The notes under the pieces were generated by a model. The model made no database searches. It was not told the origin of the DNA and worked only from the letters and a program-made list of their open reading frames with translations. From a virus: a stretch of 64,000 bases of DNA. This document shows positions 34,276 to 42,611 of this stretch, piece after piece. The stretch lies in IMG/VR virus record IMGVR_UViG_3300045988_145476, one strand, 5' to 3'. The position numbers were made by a program, and so were the translations under genes. The stretch's first letter is position 1. Every line of letters starts with the position of its first letter.

Positions 34276-34477
34276 AGTTGATTTTCGTGCTTACGAATAT
34301 ACTAAAGGGTATATAGAAATGACCGAAGACTTGGTTTTACCCTATCGTACAGAAGAACCTTTCACGGAAGAAACTTCTACGGTATTTATTCACGCACGAA
34401 AAATTTTGCATGGGATATTGAATACAATCATAGAGATAAAAGGTATTTATCCCCTAACCGTTTATGAAGAACTTTAA
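34253..34477 (+). CDS. hypothetical protein
   Basis: ATG 34253 within track ORF 34193..34477. Start uncertain. Confidence 0.35.
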   Translation: MLKKRTFRVDFRAYEYTKGYIEMTEDLVLPYRTEEPFTEETSTVFIHARKILHGILNTIIEIKGIYPLTVYEEL

Positions 34478-34488
34478 AAGGAGAAAAT

Positions 34489-34890
34489 ATGAAACAGACA
34501 GTAGAAGAAGCAGCAAAAGAATATTACGAAAGATACAAAATTCATTTGGCAAAAGATATATTCAGACCAAGAATAATAGATGTTTTCAAATCCGGTGCCG
34601 AATGGCAGGCAAAGCAATCTCCGTGGATAAGCGTTGAGGAACGGTTGTCAGAAGAGGGGCAAAAAGTTTTTGTTTTGGTGATGTGTTATGGCACACCATG
34701 TATTCGAGAAGAAAAGTTTTGTAGAAATAGCAATTTAGATAAAAAGGGAATGTGGATTCACGGAAACAGTATCGTGCTGGCATGGTTTCCCACCCCCTCT
34801 TTCGATGAGATACTCGAAGCCAACAAGGATGTACTTGAACGGATTAAAGAGAAAGGAGACCGAATACAGACATGCAGCCCAATGAAATAA
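34489..34890 (+). CDS. DUF551-like phage protein
   Basis: FKSGAEWQAKQSPWISVEERLSEEGQKVFVLV resembles the DUF551 W-I-S-V...LPE...VLV pattern. AGGAG 8 nt upstream of the ATG. Confidence 0.45.
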   Translation: MKQTVEEAAKEYYERYKIHLAKDIFRPRIIDVFKSGAEWQAKQSPWISVEERLSEEGQKVFVLVMCYGTPCIREEKFCRNSNLDKKGMWIHGNSIVLAWFPTPSFDEILEANKDVLERIKEKGDRIQTCSPMK

Positions 34891-35183
34891 TAAATATAAT
34901 ATTGGATAATGGTCATATATCATTGCATAGATACAGTGACAATCCAAGTGAAATAATATTGTCATCCCTGTTTGTAAGAAAACAAAGACGAAATGGAAAC
35001 GGAATCAATTTAATGCTTCGTGCAGAACAAATAGCCAAAGGATTAGGATGTGTCCGTGTATTTCTTGAGGCAAAGAAAGGTAGTTGGCAAGAGAAATGGT
35101 ATGAACGATTAGGATATAACTACTGTGAATGTTGCCAAGAAAGAAGCGGACTAATATGGATGAAAAAAAACTTAGACAAATGA
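34872..35183 (+). CDS. small GNAT-family N-acetyltransferase
   Basis: VRKQRRNGNGINLMLRAEQIAKGLG (acetyl-CoA-binding Q/RxxGxG/A motif). Confidence 0.5.
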   Translation: MQPNEIINIILDNGHISLHRYSDNPSEIILSSLFVRKQRRNGNGINLMLRAEQIAKGLGCVRVFLEAKKGSWQEKWYERLGYNYCECCQERSGLIWMKKNLDK

Positions 35184-35374
35184 AAAGATACAGAATATAC
35201 AGATACGGACTTTTTGACCACATTTTTGACGTTCAAGTGAAAAAATGGTATGGCTGGGTACTTGTTAAGAGGTTTAAGGCAGATATAAGTTCTGATGACA
35301 CAATGATAGATAATATTTATTATTGTGAAATGTTATCCAAGGAACTTTTGGAAAAATTGGAGGAGGAATTATGA
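35156..35374 (+). CDS. hypothetical protein
   Basis: ATG 35156 within track ORF 35129..35374. No motif recognised. Confidence 0.4.
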   Translation: MDEKKLRQMKRYRIYRYGLFDHIFDVQVKKWYGWVLVKRFKADISSDDTMIDNIYYCEMLSKELLEKLEEEL

Positions 35375-35793
35375 AATCAAAACAAGTATTATCAGTCGAA
35401 CAGATGATGCATTTGAAGGAGCTTGGATTGGACACAAGCGATGGAAGCATGTGTTTCGAGTGGAATGAATCAGATTCAGACAACATGGTTGTAGCCTCTC
35501 CGGATGCCGATACGAATTACGACTATTATCATGAAACTTACACTTTGCAGGACATTCTCGATAAGCTGCCTTGTTTTATTGGCACACATGTACTAACCTT
35601 ACAGAAGCTTGCAAATAGCGGAACATGTTTATATATGGAGCCTTATTCGCGTTCTATATTAAACCTGACAGAGAGTAAGGAACTTATTAATTCAGCCTAC
35701 GAGATGCTGTGCTGGTGTATTGAAAACAGGTATATTAAAACTAATCAGTATGAAAGCGAGAATAAAATCAACCGGAGAGATTGTAGAGGTTGA
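35371..35793 (+). CDS. hypothetical phage protein
   Basis: GGAGGAGG directly upstream. N-terminal LSVEQMMHLKELGLDTS resembles the N-termini of 37635 and 48827 (ETAKLLKDKGF / ETAKKLNAIGF). Confidence 0.5.
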   Translation: MKSKQVLSVEQMMHLKELGLDTSDGSMCFEWNESDSDNMVVASPDADTNYDYYHETYTLQDILDKLPCFIGTHVLTLQKLANSGTCLYMEPYSRSILNLTESKELINSAYEMLCWCIENRYIKTNQYESENKINRRDCRG

Positions 35794-36040
35794 AGACTTA
35801 TATGATGATGGGACTGCCTTAGTGAATGGTAGGTATTTCAAAGTGTCAGAACTCGACTTCTTTGATAATTTTGAAACTATTGATTGGGAGCAAAGGCGTT
35901 ATGAAATAGCAAAGTCAATGATGGCGGCATTTCTTAGCAATTCATGCTCAAATGTTTATATGAATACTTATGAAAATCAAGCACAGGAAGCTGTAAAATA
36001 TGCCGATATGCTTATTGATGAATTGAAGAAAGGAAAATAA
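35750..36040 (+). CDS. hypothetical protein
   Basis: ATG 35750 (MKARIKSTGEIVEVEDLYDDG...) within the track ORF. Confidence 0.45.
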   Translation: MKARIKSTGEIVEVEDLYDDGTALVNGRYFKVSELDFFDNFETIDWEQRRYEIAKSMMAAFLSNSCSNVYMNTYENQAQEAVKYADMLIDELKKGK

Positions 36041-36042
36041 TT

Positions 36043-36246
36043 ATGGAAAACAGAAGAAAGCTGGCAATAGCCAACCTATGTCGTGGATTCCTCCGCATAC
36101 AAGGATTTCTGACAGATTCAGAAAACAAGAAAATCTATCAACGAATATTGAATTGGCAGGATGAAAATGAGGTTGAAATTACCGAGGAACAACTTCTATC
36201 TGCTGATTTTACTTATGATGATAACGCCAAAGAAGAGGAGGAATAA
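36043..36246 (+). CDS. hypothetical protein
   Basis: 67-aa ORF with an acidic C-terminus. Confidence 0.45.
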   Translation: MENRRKLAIANLCRGFLRIQGFLTDSENKKIYQRILNWQDENEVEITEEQLLSADFTYDDNAKEEEE

Positions 36247-36248
36247 CT

Positions 36249-36446
36249 ATGGAAATTAAAAATGGTATAGTAATTAACGGCGAATTTCACGAAGCTATTA
36301 AAGTTAATGAACAGGTAATCTCGTGTAATGATTGTTCCCTAAAGCCAATGTGCTATAAAATTGTGGATAGTCTTTGTGGTATGCTTGACGAAAGTGACAA
36401 GTTTGTCAATCGTGGTAAGATAGCAGAATTAAAAGTAGAGGAGTAA
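36249..36446 (+). CDS. small Cys-motif protein, tandem paralogue 1
   Basis: MEIKNGIVINGEFHEA...SCNDCSLKPMC...FVNRGKI. GAGGAGG upstream. Confidence 0.55.
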   Translation: MEIKNGIVINGEFHEAIKVNEQVISCNDCSLKPMCYKIVDSLCGMLDESDKFVNRGKIAELKVEE

Positions 36447-36451
36447 TAATC

Positions 36452-36670
36452 ATGGAAGTAAAAAACGGAATATTAATTAATGGTGAGCTTCACGAAGGAG
36501 TTGAGGAAACTGTTTCTTGTTCTCTTTGCTCTTTGTACAATGTATGTGCAGAACTTAACTATGCAGTATGTCCTGCCGAAATATTGAGATGCGAGAGTTT
36601 TGTCAATCATGGTAAGGTAAAAGTTGAAAAAGAAAGTAACCATGAAGAAAATATCAATAACGGACTTTGA
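36452..36670 (+). CDS. small Cys-motif protein, tandem paralogue 2
   Basis: MEVKNGILINGELHEG...SCSLCSLYNVC...FVNHGKV. Clear paralogue of 36249..36446. Confidence 0.55.
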   Translation: MEVKNGILINGELHEGVEETVSCSLCSLYNVCAELNYAVCPAEILRCESFVNHGKVKVEKESNHEENINNGL

Positions 36671-36842
36671 ATTTAAAGTAACGGGTTACGGACATTATAA
36701 CGTGACTTACACCAGCCCTGTAACCGGCAAGCAGTGGACAACAGCCATTGATGATATGTCAATTATTGACGCTACCAAGAATAACGAAAATCCTAAGAAA
36801 AAGGATTTAGAGATGTTGAAATGGATTTGTAAGAACACGTAA
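36642..36842 (+). CDS. hypothetical protein
   Basis: ATG 36642 (MKKISITDFEFKVTGYGHYNV...) within the track ORF. Confidence 0.45.
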   Translation: MKKISITDFEFKVTGYGHYNVTYTSPVTGKQWTTAIDDMSIIDATKNNENPKKKDLEMLKWICKNT

Positions 36843-36847
36843 TATAC

Positions 36848-37039
36848 ATGACTATGATAGCTATGCACCAATGTGAATTTTGTTGTTGGTATGTCGAAAG
36901 ATATGGAACCTGTGAATGTCCTACTTCTATGAAACGGATTGCATGTGAAAAAGCTCGTAGAATGAAGAATCGTGTTAATGAGGATAAATGGAAAGAACTT
37001 TATGGAAACGAAAAGAAGAACAGCGTACTTCGGGACTAA
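36848..37039 (+). CDS. small Cys-rich protein
   Basis: HQCEFCCWYVERYGTCECPTSMKRIAC. Confidence 0.4.
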   Translation: MTMIAMHQCEFCCWYVERYGTCECPTSMKRIACEKARRMKNRVNEDKWKELYGNEKKNSVLRD

Positions 37040-37367
37040 TGGTTGTCCCAGACATTATTTTAGTGCTATTTCCGGAGAATTTTCTCCTCAAGAGGAAGAA
37101 GAACTTAGTAAGATAGATGAAGACTTTCAGTTATTCGATTTTTTCGGCTTTAGTTTTTTCTATTACAAAGGGTATGGGTGCCTTTCTTTCTCTGCAAGTC
37201 CGGATGATAATCGTCCCGGCAGTAAGACTGTATTTTTTGTTGAGGACGTCTGTTTAAAAACAGAGGTGTTAGAGGCTTTGGAAGAATCTCCGTTTGTGAA
37301 AAAACAATTCCAGAAGTTAGCCGATATGTATGGTGTAGAAATACCTAAAATAAAAGATTATGAATGA
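37002..37367 (+). CDS. hypothetical protein
   Basis: Track ORF 36972..37367 starts at GTG. ATG 37002 is given here. Start uncertain. Confidence 0.4.
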   Translation: METKRRTAYFGTNGCPRHYFSAISGEFSPQEEEELSKIDEDFQLFDFFGFSFFYYKGYGCLSFSASPDDNRPGSKTVFFVEDVCLKTEVLEALEESPFVKKQFQKLADMYGVEIPKIKDYE

Positions 37368-37632
37368 TATAAAACTATCACTCCGGCAAATAGAAAAAAT
37401 GGAACATGCTATCGGATTTAGCCGTGAGAAAATAAAAAGAAATAGATATGAGGCTTATCGTAATAGATTTGTAGTAAGTAACTCCGATAAGGACTGGGAG
37501 GAATTGGTATCTATCGGATATGCAGAAAAGCGAGAGTTTGAGATTGAAAAACAAATCGGGTACTATGTTTCCGAACTTGGGATGAAATATTTAGGGGTGT
37601 TATTTGGGTGTATAATAATAGAAAGTAAATAA
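37360..37632 (+). CDS. hypothetical protein
   Basis: 90-aa ORF. No motif recognised. Confidence 0.45.
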   Translation: MNDIKLSLRQIEKMEHAIGFSREKIKRNRYEAYRNRFVVSNSDKDWEELVSIGYAEKREFEIEKQIGYYVSELGMKYLGVLFGCIIIESK

Positions 37633-37634
37633 CT

Positions 37635-38036
37635 ATGACCGAAGAACTTGTAACATTAGAAACAGCGAAGCTGCTGAAAGATAAGGGCTTCAATAGGAAG
37701 TGTGAACACCTAATAGACCGCAATAAGGTTATTACAAAATATGACCTTCCGCAAAGTATGTCGTGTTGTACGGAAATAGATGGCGAATCAGTTGAATTTT
37801 TGTGTCCAACATTGTATATCGCCCAAAAGTGGCTGCGTGAAATAAGAGGTGTGTATGTATATGTAGAACCTGTTATTGGAAAAAGATGGAAGCTTTCTTT
37901 TTGTGATTTCAATGTTCCAACAGAAGAAAGCGACTGGATGGAGAACGAAATAAACAAAGGGAATGGCTATAAAGTATATGTCACCTACGAGGAAGCACTG
38001 GAAGCCGGAATACAAGAAGTATTAAAACTTATATAA
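37635..38036 (+). CDS. hypothetical phage protein
   Basis: N-terminal LETAKLLKDKGF motif shared with 48827..49207. Confidence 0.5.
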   Translation: MTEELVTLETAKLLKDKGFNRKCEHLIDRNKVITKYDLPQSMSCCTEIDGESVEFLCPTLYIAQKWLREIRGVYVYVEPVIGKRWKLSFCDFNVPTEESDWMENEINKGNGYKVYVTYEEALEAGIQEVLKLI

Positions 38037-38038
38037 TT

Positions 38039-38290
38039 ATGAAAGCAAACCTAATATTTTTTCTTGCAATATTCATCATATCAGCATTACTCATCGGTCA
38101 CTTCCGACTGGCATTCTCACCGTTCAGTGTATCCTTTCCCTATTGGCATAGGGCTGTAGGAGTTGTTCTTATCGTTGTAGGATGCTTGGTCTACAACATA
38201 GGTGAGCATGTATCCGGTTACAAGAAAGGGCTGGATGAAGGTATGGAGATTGTTTTGAAAGAGTTAAAAGAAAGATACAACCATGAATAG
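38039..38290 (+). CDS. two-TM membrane protein
   Basis: LIFFLAIFIISALLIGHF and AVGVVLIVVGCLVY hydrophobic helices. Confidence 0.5.
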   Translation: MKANLIFFLAIFIISALLIGHFRLAFSPFSVSFPYWHRAVGVVLIVVGCLVYNIGEHVSGYKKGLDEGMEIVLKELKERYNHE

Positions 38291-38468
38291 AAAAGAATAT
38301 CAGGAACACTGCAAGCATAGCCCCTACAGTGGGCAATGCTACAAAAAGTCATTCATATCGGGTGTAGCAAACAATGTGCATGTGAACATGCGGTGTGACG
38401 GGAAATGCCCCCGTATGAGTAATTACGACAAGAGAAATAAATTAAATAGCCTTGGACGGGCTTTGTAA
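38283..38468 (+). CDS. small Cys-containing protein
   Basis: 61-aa ORF. No motif recognised. Confidence 0.35.
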   Translation: MNRKEYQEHCKHSPYSGQCYKKSFISGVANNVHVNMRCDGKCPRMSNYDKRNKLNSLGRAL

Positions 38469-38481
38469 AATCCATATTGAT

Positions 38482-39198
38482 ATGAAAAAGTATATTGGAA
38501 CAAAAGAAGTTGAAGCAATGCCTATGACACTGGGTGAGCTTATCAACAAAAGCGGTCGAAATCCGTATGAGAATGACGAAAAGATGCACGGTAACGATGA
38601 AAAAGGTTATCTTGTGAAGTACAAGGATGGTTACGAAAGCTGGTCGCCTGCCGAACCGTTTGAGGAAGCATATAAATGTGCAGATACATTCCTTGACCGC
38701 TTGCATATTGAAATGCGGGATTTATATGAAAAGATGGATAAGCTCTCTCCATTTATTGAATCTGGCAAAATAGATGAAATTGTGACTGACAAATATCAGA
38801 ACTATTTGCTTCGGTTGCAACATAGAATCATGAGCAGGTATATCAATGTATTGGAATGCCGTATTGGTAGGCTTGATGGAAGTCCCGAAGCACCTTTACA
38901 TCAAATGTCATTTGGTGATGCTATTGAAGTTCTCAAACAAGGTGGTGCTATCCGTAGAGCTGGATGGAACGGTAAAGGGTTATTTGTTGTTAAGCAAATT
39001 CCGGCTCATATCACCGAAGACATTATTCCTAAAATGCAGTCACTTCCCCAGTCAGCCAAAGACATCATTATGTCCCGTGAGAATAAAGTAATTGACTACA
39101 CAAGTCAAATGCTTATTATTAATCCGGACGGCAGGGCAGATTCATGGGTTCCGTCTGTCAGTGACGTGTTCGCAGAAGACTGGGAGATAGTTATCTAA
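38482..39198 (+). CDS. DUF2829 (Tad2-like) domain protein with N-terminal extension
   Basis: C-terminus MSFGDAIEVLKQGGAIRRAGWNGKGLFVV...SWVPSVSDVFAEDWEIV matches the DUF2829 pattern (FxEAlxxLKxGxxxxRxGWNGKG...DllAEDWeIv). N-terminus IGTKEVEAMPMTLGE...GYLVKYKDGYESWSP. Confidence 0.7.
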   Translation: MKKYIGTKEVEAMPMTLGELINKSGRNPYENDEKMHGNDEKGYLVKYKDGYESWSPAEPFEEAYKCADTFLDRLHIEMRDLYEKMDKLSPFIESGKIDEIVTDKYQNYLLRLQHRIMSRYINVLECRIGRLDGSPEAPLHQMSFGDAIEVLKQGGAIRRAGWNGKGLFVVKQIPAHITEDIIPKMQSLPQSAKDIIMSRENKVIDYTSQMLIINPDGRADSWVPSVSDVFAEDWEIVI

Positions 39199-39203
39199 CC
39201 ATA

Positions 39204-39220
39204 GGGAGCCTCGTGCTCCC
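39204..39220 (+). terminator. weak terminator-like hairpin
   Basis: GGGAGC / GCTCCC 6-bp stem with a 5-nt loop. No strong T-run. Confidence 0.3.
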
Positions 39221-39237
39221 TTAAACTTTATAGGGCT

Positions 39238-39645
39238 ATGAATATTACTATTAAAACAAGACAGATTCTATTCAGAGGAAAAAGTATCGGTGATGGACGT
39301 TGGGTTATCGGTGATTTATTTCACAGAAAGGGTGTTCCCTCACCATCTATTACACCCACGCAAATCGGTACTTCGGGTGTCGTTAAGGAAACGGTGGGAC
39401 AATTTACCGGCGAACGGGACATTAATATGACAATGGTCTACGAGCATGACTTGCTTAGAGTTCCCGAAACGTTATCCAACGCAGAGCTTCTATGTGCCGT
39501 TACATTTAAGTTCGGACGTTACGTGGGAATCTCCGTATCGTCCAATACGACTTGGGATTTGGAATACCTTTTGCACCTTAATGCGGTTGTAGTGGGAAAT
39601 ATCCATGACAATCCGGATAAGGCTCCTAACTTTACAATAGAATAA
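39238..39645 (+). CDS. YopX-family protein
   Basis: ILFRGKSIGDGRWVIGDL...ETVGQFTGERDINMTMVYEHDLL...VVGNIHDNPD matches the YopX pattern. Confidence 0.65.
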   Translation: MNITIKTRQILFRGKSIGDGRWVIGDLFHRKGVPSPSITPTQIGTSGVVKETVGQFTGERDINMTMVYEHDLLRVPETLSNAELLCAVTFKFGRYVGISVSSNTTWDLEYLLHLNAVVVGNIHDNPDKAPNFTIE

Positions 39646-39646
39646 C

Positions 39647-39940
39647 ATGGGACGGTACTATACAGGAATGGTGGTACGTACCAGTTATAATACCGGCCCG
39701 TACCGGATACTTGACATTACGGAGAATTGCAGGTGTCCGTCTTTTATGGATTCCATAACACTCATGGATAAAGCTCCCGCTTCCCGTCCGCATGTACATC
39801 TTACCTGCCGTAAAGTCGGAGAGAAAACCGGATTTTTCTATTTAAGCGGATATGATGATACACTGCACTCCGTATGGAACTCAGACTATCTGATTGACTG
39901 CGCACAGGAAACATTACTAACTATAATTACATTGTTATGA
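39647..39940 (+). CDS. hypothetical protein
   Basis: 97-aa ORF. No motif recognised. Confidence 0.45.
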   Translation: MGRYYTGMVVRTSYNTGPYRILDITENCRCPSFMDSITLMDKAPASRPHVHLTCRKVGEKTGFFYLSGYDDTLHSVWNSDYLIDCAQETLLTIITLL

Positions 39941-40143
39941 ATGCACAAGAAACCGCATTGTGGATATTACAAAGTGAAGACCATTTTATTTTGTGGGAGA
40001 ATCGCCCTTGCCGGCCGCACGTCCTGCAAAAGGAAAGTTCCTACCAGCCTCTTATTCGTGTGAACGGAACTTATTACCATGTGAAATATGATAACGGAGA
40101 ACCCGTAGTAGATTATTCCTCTCCCGTAGATTGCGATGAATGA
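39937..40143 (+). CDS. hypothetical protein
   Basis: 68-aa ORF. Overlaps both neighbours (ATGA junctions). Confidence 0.45.
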   Translation: MNAQETALWILQSEDHFILWENRPCRPHVLQKESSYQPLIRVNGTYYHVKYDNGEPVVDYSSPVDCDE

Positions 40144-40597
40144 TACACAGTTTACACAAGCACTTACAAAGGCAATGCCTATGCTGACGGGTTATTCCCG
40201 TAACCTTATCGCAGAGGTTTCCGATGCGGATGATTTGCTCCAGCATACGTTACTGAAAGCGTGGGATAATCGTGACAAGTTCTATGATACAGGAAGTTTC
40301 ACCGCATGGCTCTGTACGATAATGCGGAACACGTTCATCAATTTTATCCGAAAGGAGAAGTCCACAGTAGTAAGTGAGGACTGGGTGTTTGACGGTTTCG
40401 CAAAGGACGATGTGAACGACTACGATATTAGACAGGCGGTACAGTCGTTACCTTTTCCCGAAAGAGAATTGTGCGTTTGGTGGATGCACGGTTACTCCTA
40501 TAAGGAACTTGCGGAAGCGTATGATATTCCTATGGGAACGTTAAAGAGCCGTGTCTTTCACGTAAAGAAGTTGTTGCGGGAAAAATTAAACCGCTGA
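40136..40597 (+). CDS. ECF-type (group IV) sigma-70 family sigma factor
   Basis: Region 2: LLQHTLLKAWDNRDKFYDTGSFTAWLCTIMRNTFINFIRKEK. Region 4.2: ERELCVWWMHGYSYKELAEAYDIPMGTLKSRVFHVKKLL. Confidence 0.85.
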   Translation: MNDTQFTQALTKAMPMLTGYSRNLIAEVSDADDLLQHTLLKAWDNRDKFYDTGSFTAWLCTIMRNTFINFIRKEKSTVVSEDWVFDGFAKDDVNDYDIRQAVQSLPFPERELCVWWMHGYSYKELAEAYDIPMGTLKSRVFHVKKLLREKLNR

Positions 40598-40636
40598 CTT
40601 ATGACGAATGAAAAATCTACTTTGGGATAGGGAATT

Positions 40637-40668
40637 ATTGGATGATACAATTTAATTTTTTATATTTG
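40637..40668 (+). promoter_or_regulatory. possible promoter giving a leaderless transcript
   Basis: TATATTTG 40661-40668 with a weak -33 (ATTG 40637-40640, 20-nt spacing). The ATG at 40673 starts 5 nt after the -7 box. Confidence 0.4.
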
Positions 40669-40672
40669 CCAC

Positions 40673-40969
40673 ATGGATATACGCATTAGAGAACCTCTGT
40701 ATATCACTCAAAACGGAGCCGAGTATGTAGTCCGGCCCGGAACAGTGGGTGTTGAGAAGAATAAAGTGGTGTTCTTCTACGATGTTACACGAACAGCTTC
40801 CGTAGGATTTGCCCGTGATTTTTGTTTGGAGAACCCTCAAATGTTCCAAGTAGCACGTACACTTGAAGACAAGGAAATTCCGCTAAAGGCGGTCGCTAAG
40901 GTACTAAGTGAATTTAATATAGGGGATGCCCCCCGACAAATGATAATAGAAACTTTAAAATCTTACTGA
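40673..40969 (+). CDS. hypothetical protein
   Basis: 98-aa ORF. No motif recognised. Confidence 0.5.
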   Translation: MDIRIREPLYITQNGAEYVVRPGTVGVEKNKVVFFYDVTRTASVGFARDFCLENPQMFQVARTLEDKEIPLKAVAKVLSEFNIGDAPRQMIIETLKSY

Positions 40970-40970
40970 T

Positions 40971-41228
40971 ATGTATGCAGCACGTGACGGAGCAGGAAAC
41001 ATCATGCCTGCGGTAGTGGTAACTACTTCTAAAGATATTACAGGAGAGTATAATCTTCCTCACGGATTTTACCGTGTTTGTGCCAAAGAAGACTCTGTTT
41101 TGAGTATTGAGGGTATCGAGGGAGATGGAATTTATTTTCCTGCGGGTGTTGTAGATTACTTGCAGTTTCCGGACTGTAAGATTACCGTAACCGGCTCCTT
41201 GAACTTCATGGGGTCAAACTTGGAATAA
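40971..41228 (+). CDS. hypothetical protein
   Basis: 85-aa ORF. No motif recognised. Confidence 0.5.
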   Translation: MYAARDGAGNIMPAVVVTTSKDITGEYNLPHGFYRVCAKEDSVLSIEGIEGDGIYFPAGVVDYLQFPDCKITVTGSLNFMGSNLE

Positions 41229-41231
41229 GCC

Positions 41232-42608
41232 ATGATTGTGTCTGTCGGAAGAATGATGCGAAAAGGGGGCGGTGGTCTTATATGGCCGAAAGGTTTAAAA
41301 GAATCTATCAAGGCTATCTATGACCCTGCGAAGCAAGGTATGACTAACTATGATGTGATTGAGGCCTATGCGGAAGATTTTACAAAATGGGCATATAGAA
41401 ATAGTAGAGGTACTGCTAAAATTACTAATAATGCTATTGTTATAACAAACGTAGTTGAAACTAATAATATTGTAGAAGACGCTAAAGAACCCTACTCTGA
41501 TTTGACCATTCGCGTTACTGGAGTTACAGAAGATAAATATCTTATTGTTAGACAAGGAAGAGGAAAGCCTGAAGCCCATATTAAAAAAGATGGTATTTAC
41601 ACCTTTAAAGATAATAATCTCTATTTTGGTTTTGGTGTTAGTGTTATCGGTGAATGTAATATCACTATTGCCCAGCTTCCTACTTCTATTCTAAAAGATT
41701 ATAGCGGCAACGGCAACCACGCCTATTTGTATGCTGGTAAAGGTAGATTGAATAGTGGTGTTGGCATTTATGCTCAAGACTTTACAAAATGGATTTTTGG
41801 TTCTGTTATTCATAATATAAGTACAAAAGCTCATAACAAACTTCATATTGTTAAAAAGAATCCTAATAATTATTTTGGTTTTACCGTTGGTATTCGAAAA
41901 GATAATTATTATAATAAGCCTTATAAACTTAAGTTTAATTTTAATAAAGAAATAAATGATATTAAATTTAGCGTTGTTTCTACTGATGGTAATTTAATTA
42001 CTACTCAATGTTTTTCGGCTATTATAAATAATGGTTCTGTTGTAGATGTTCCTATTATAAGTGAAGAAATATTTAACAATCAAAAAGAACCAAATATTTA
42101 TTATGATTTTGGTACTAATAAAGATATTGAAATTGACGTAGAATTAATTCCTGATTATCCTAATCAGCTCTGCTACGACGGCATGATGTACGCCGTCTGC
42201 TACGACTTCCCGATATTAACGGATTACACGGTGATGGCGGATAGGACGTGGTTTGAGAGACAAAATAGAGCTTGTTTCTTGTCTAAAATTACTACGAGTG
42301 GAACTGGAGCTTTTGGATTTGAATTTTATAATGAATATAATGAAGATACAACTTATAGTTTTGGTCGTGTGAACAATGTAGAGCAATTTAAAGACGGTAT
42401 AACCTATCAAATAACAAATTCATATAATGGAATAGTGAAACTTGATTACATTGTTAATGGTAAAGATAATGCAGAGTTGTATATTGGGAAATTACGTCCT
42501 TCTGAACGTCCTGCTTTTATCGGCTGTCACGGTGCCATCATAGTCGCCGACCGCAGCTTCACCGAAGAAGAGATAAACTGGCTAAAGGATAATTTATTTA
42601 GAAAATAA
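41232..42608 (+). CDS. LamG/concanavalin-like lectin-domain protein (receptor-binding candidate)
   Basis: LKDYSGNGNHAYLYAG (DxSGNGNHG LamG hallmark). C-terminus GCHGAIIVADRSFTEEEINWLKDN. Internal duplication ((A/I)YA(E/Q)DFTKW twice). Asn-rich, AT-rich body. Confidence 0.55.
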   Translation: MIVSVGRMMRKGGGGLIWPKGLKESIKAIYDPAKQGMTNYDVIEAYAEDFTKWAYRNSRGTAKITNNAIVITNVVETNNIVEDAKEPYSDLTIRVTGVTEDKYLIVRQGRGKPEAHIKKDGIYTFKDNNLYFGFGVSVIGECNITIAQLPTSILKDYSGNGNHAYLYAGKGRLNSGVGIYAQDFTKWIFGSVIHNISTKAHNKLHIVKKNPNNYFGFTVGIRKDNYYNKPYKLKFNFNKEINDIKFSVVSTDGNLITTQCFSAIINNGSVVDVPIISEEIFNNQKEPNIYYDFGTNKDIEIDVELIPDYPNQLCYDGMMYAVCYDFPILTDYTVMADRTWFERQNRACFLSKITTSGTGAFGFEFYNEYNEDTTYSFGRVNNVEQFKDGITYQITNSYNGIVKLDYIVNGKDNAELYIGKLRPSERPAFIGCHGAIIVADRSFTEEEINWLKDNLFRK

Positions 42609-42611
42609 TAT

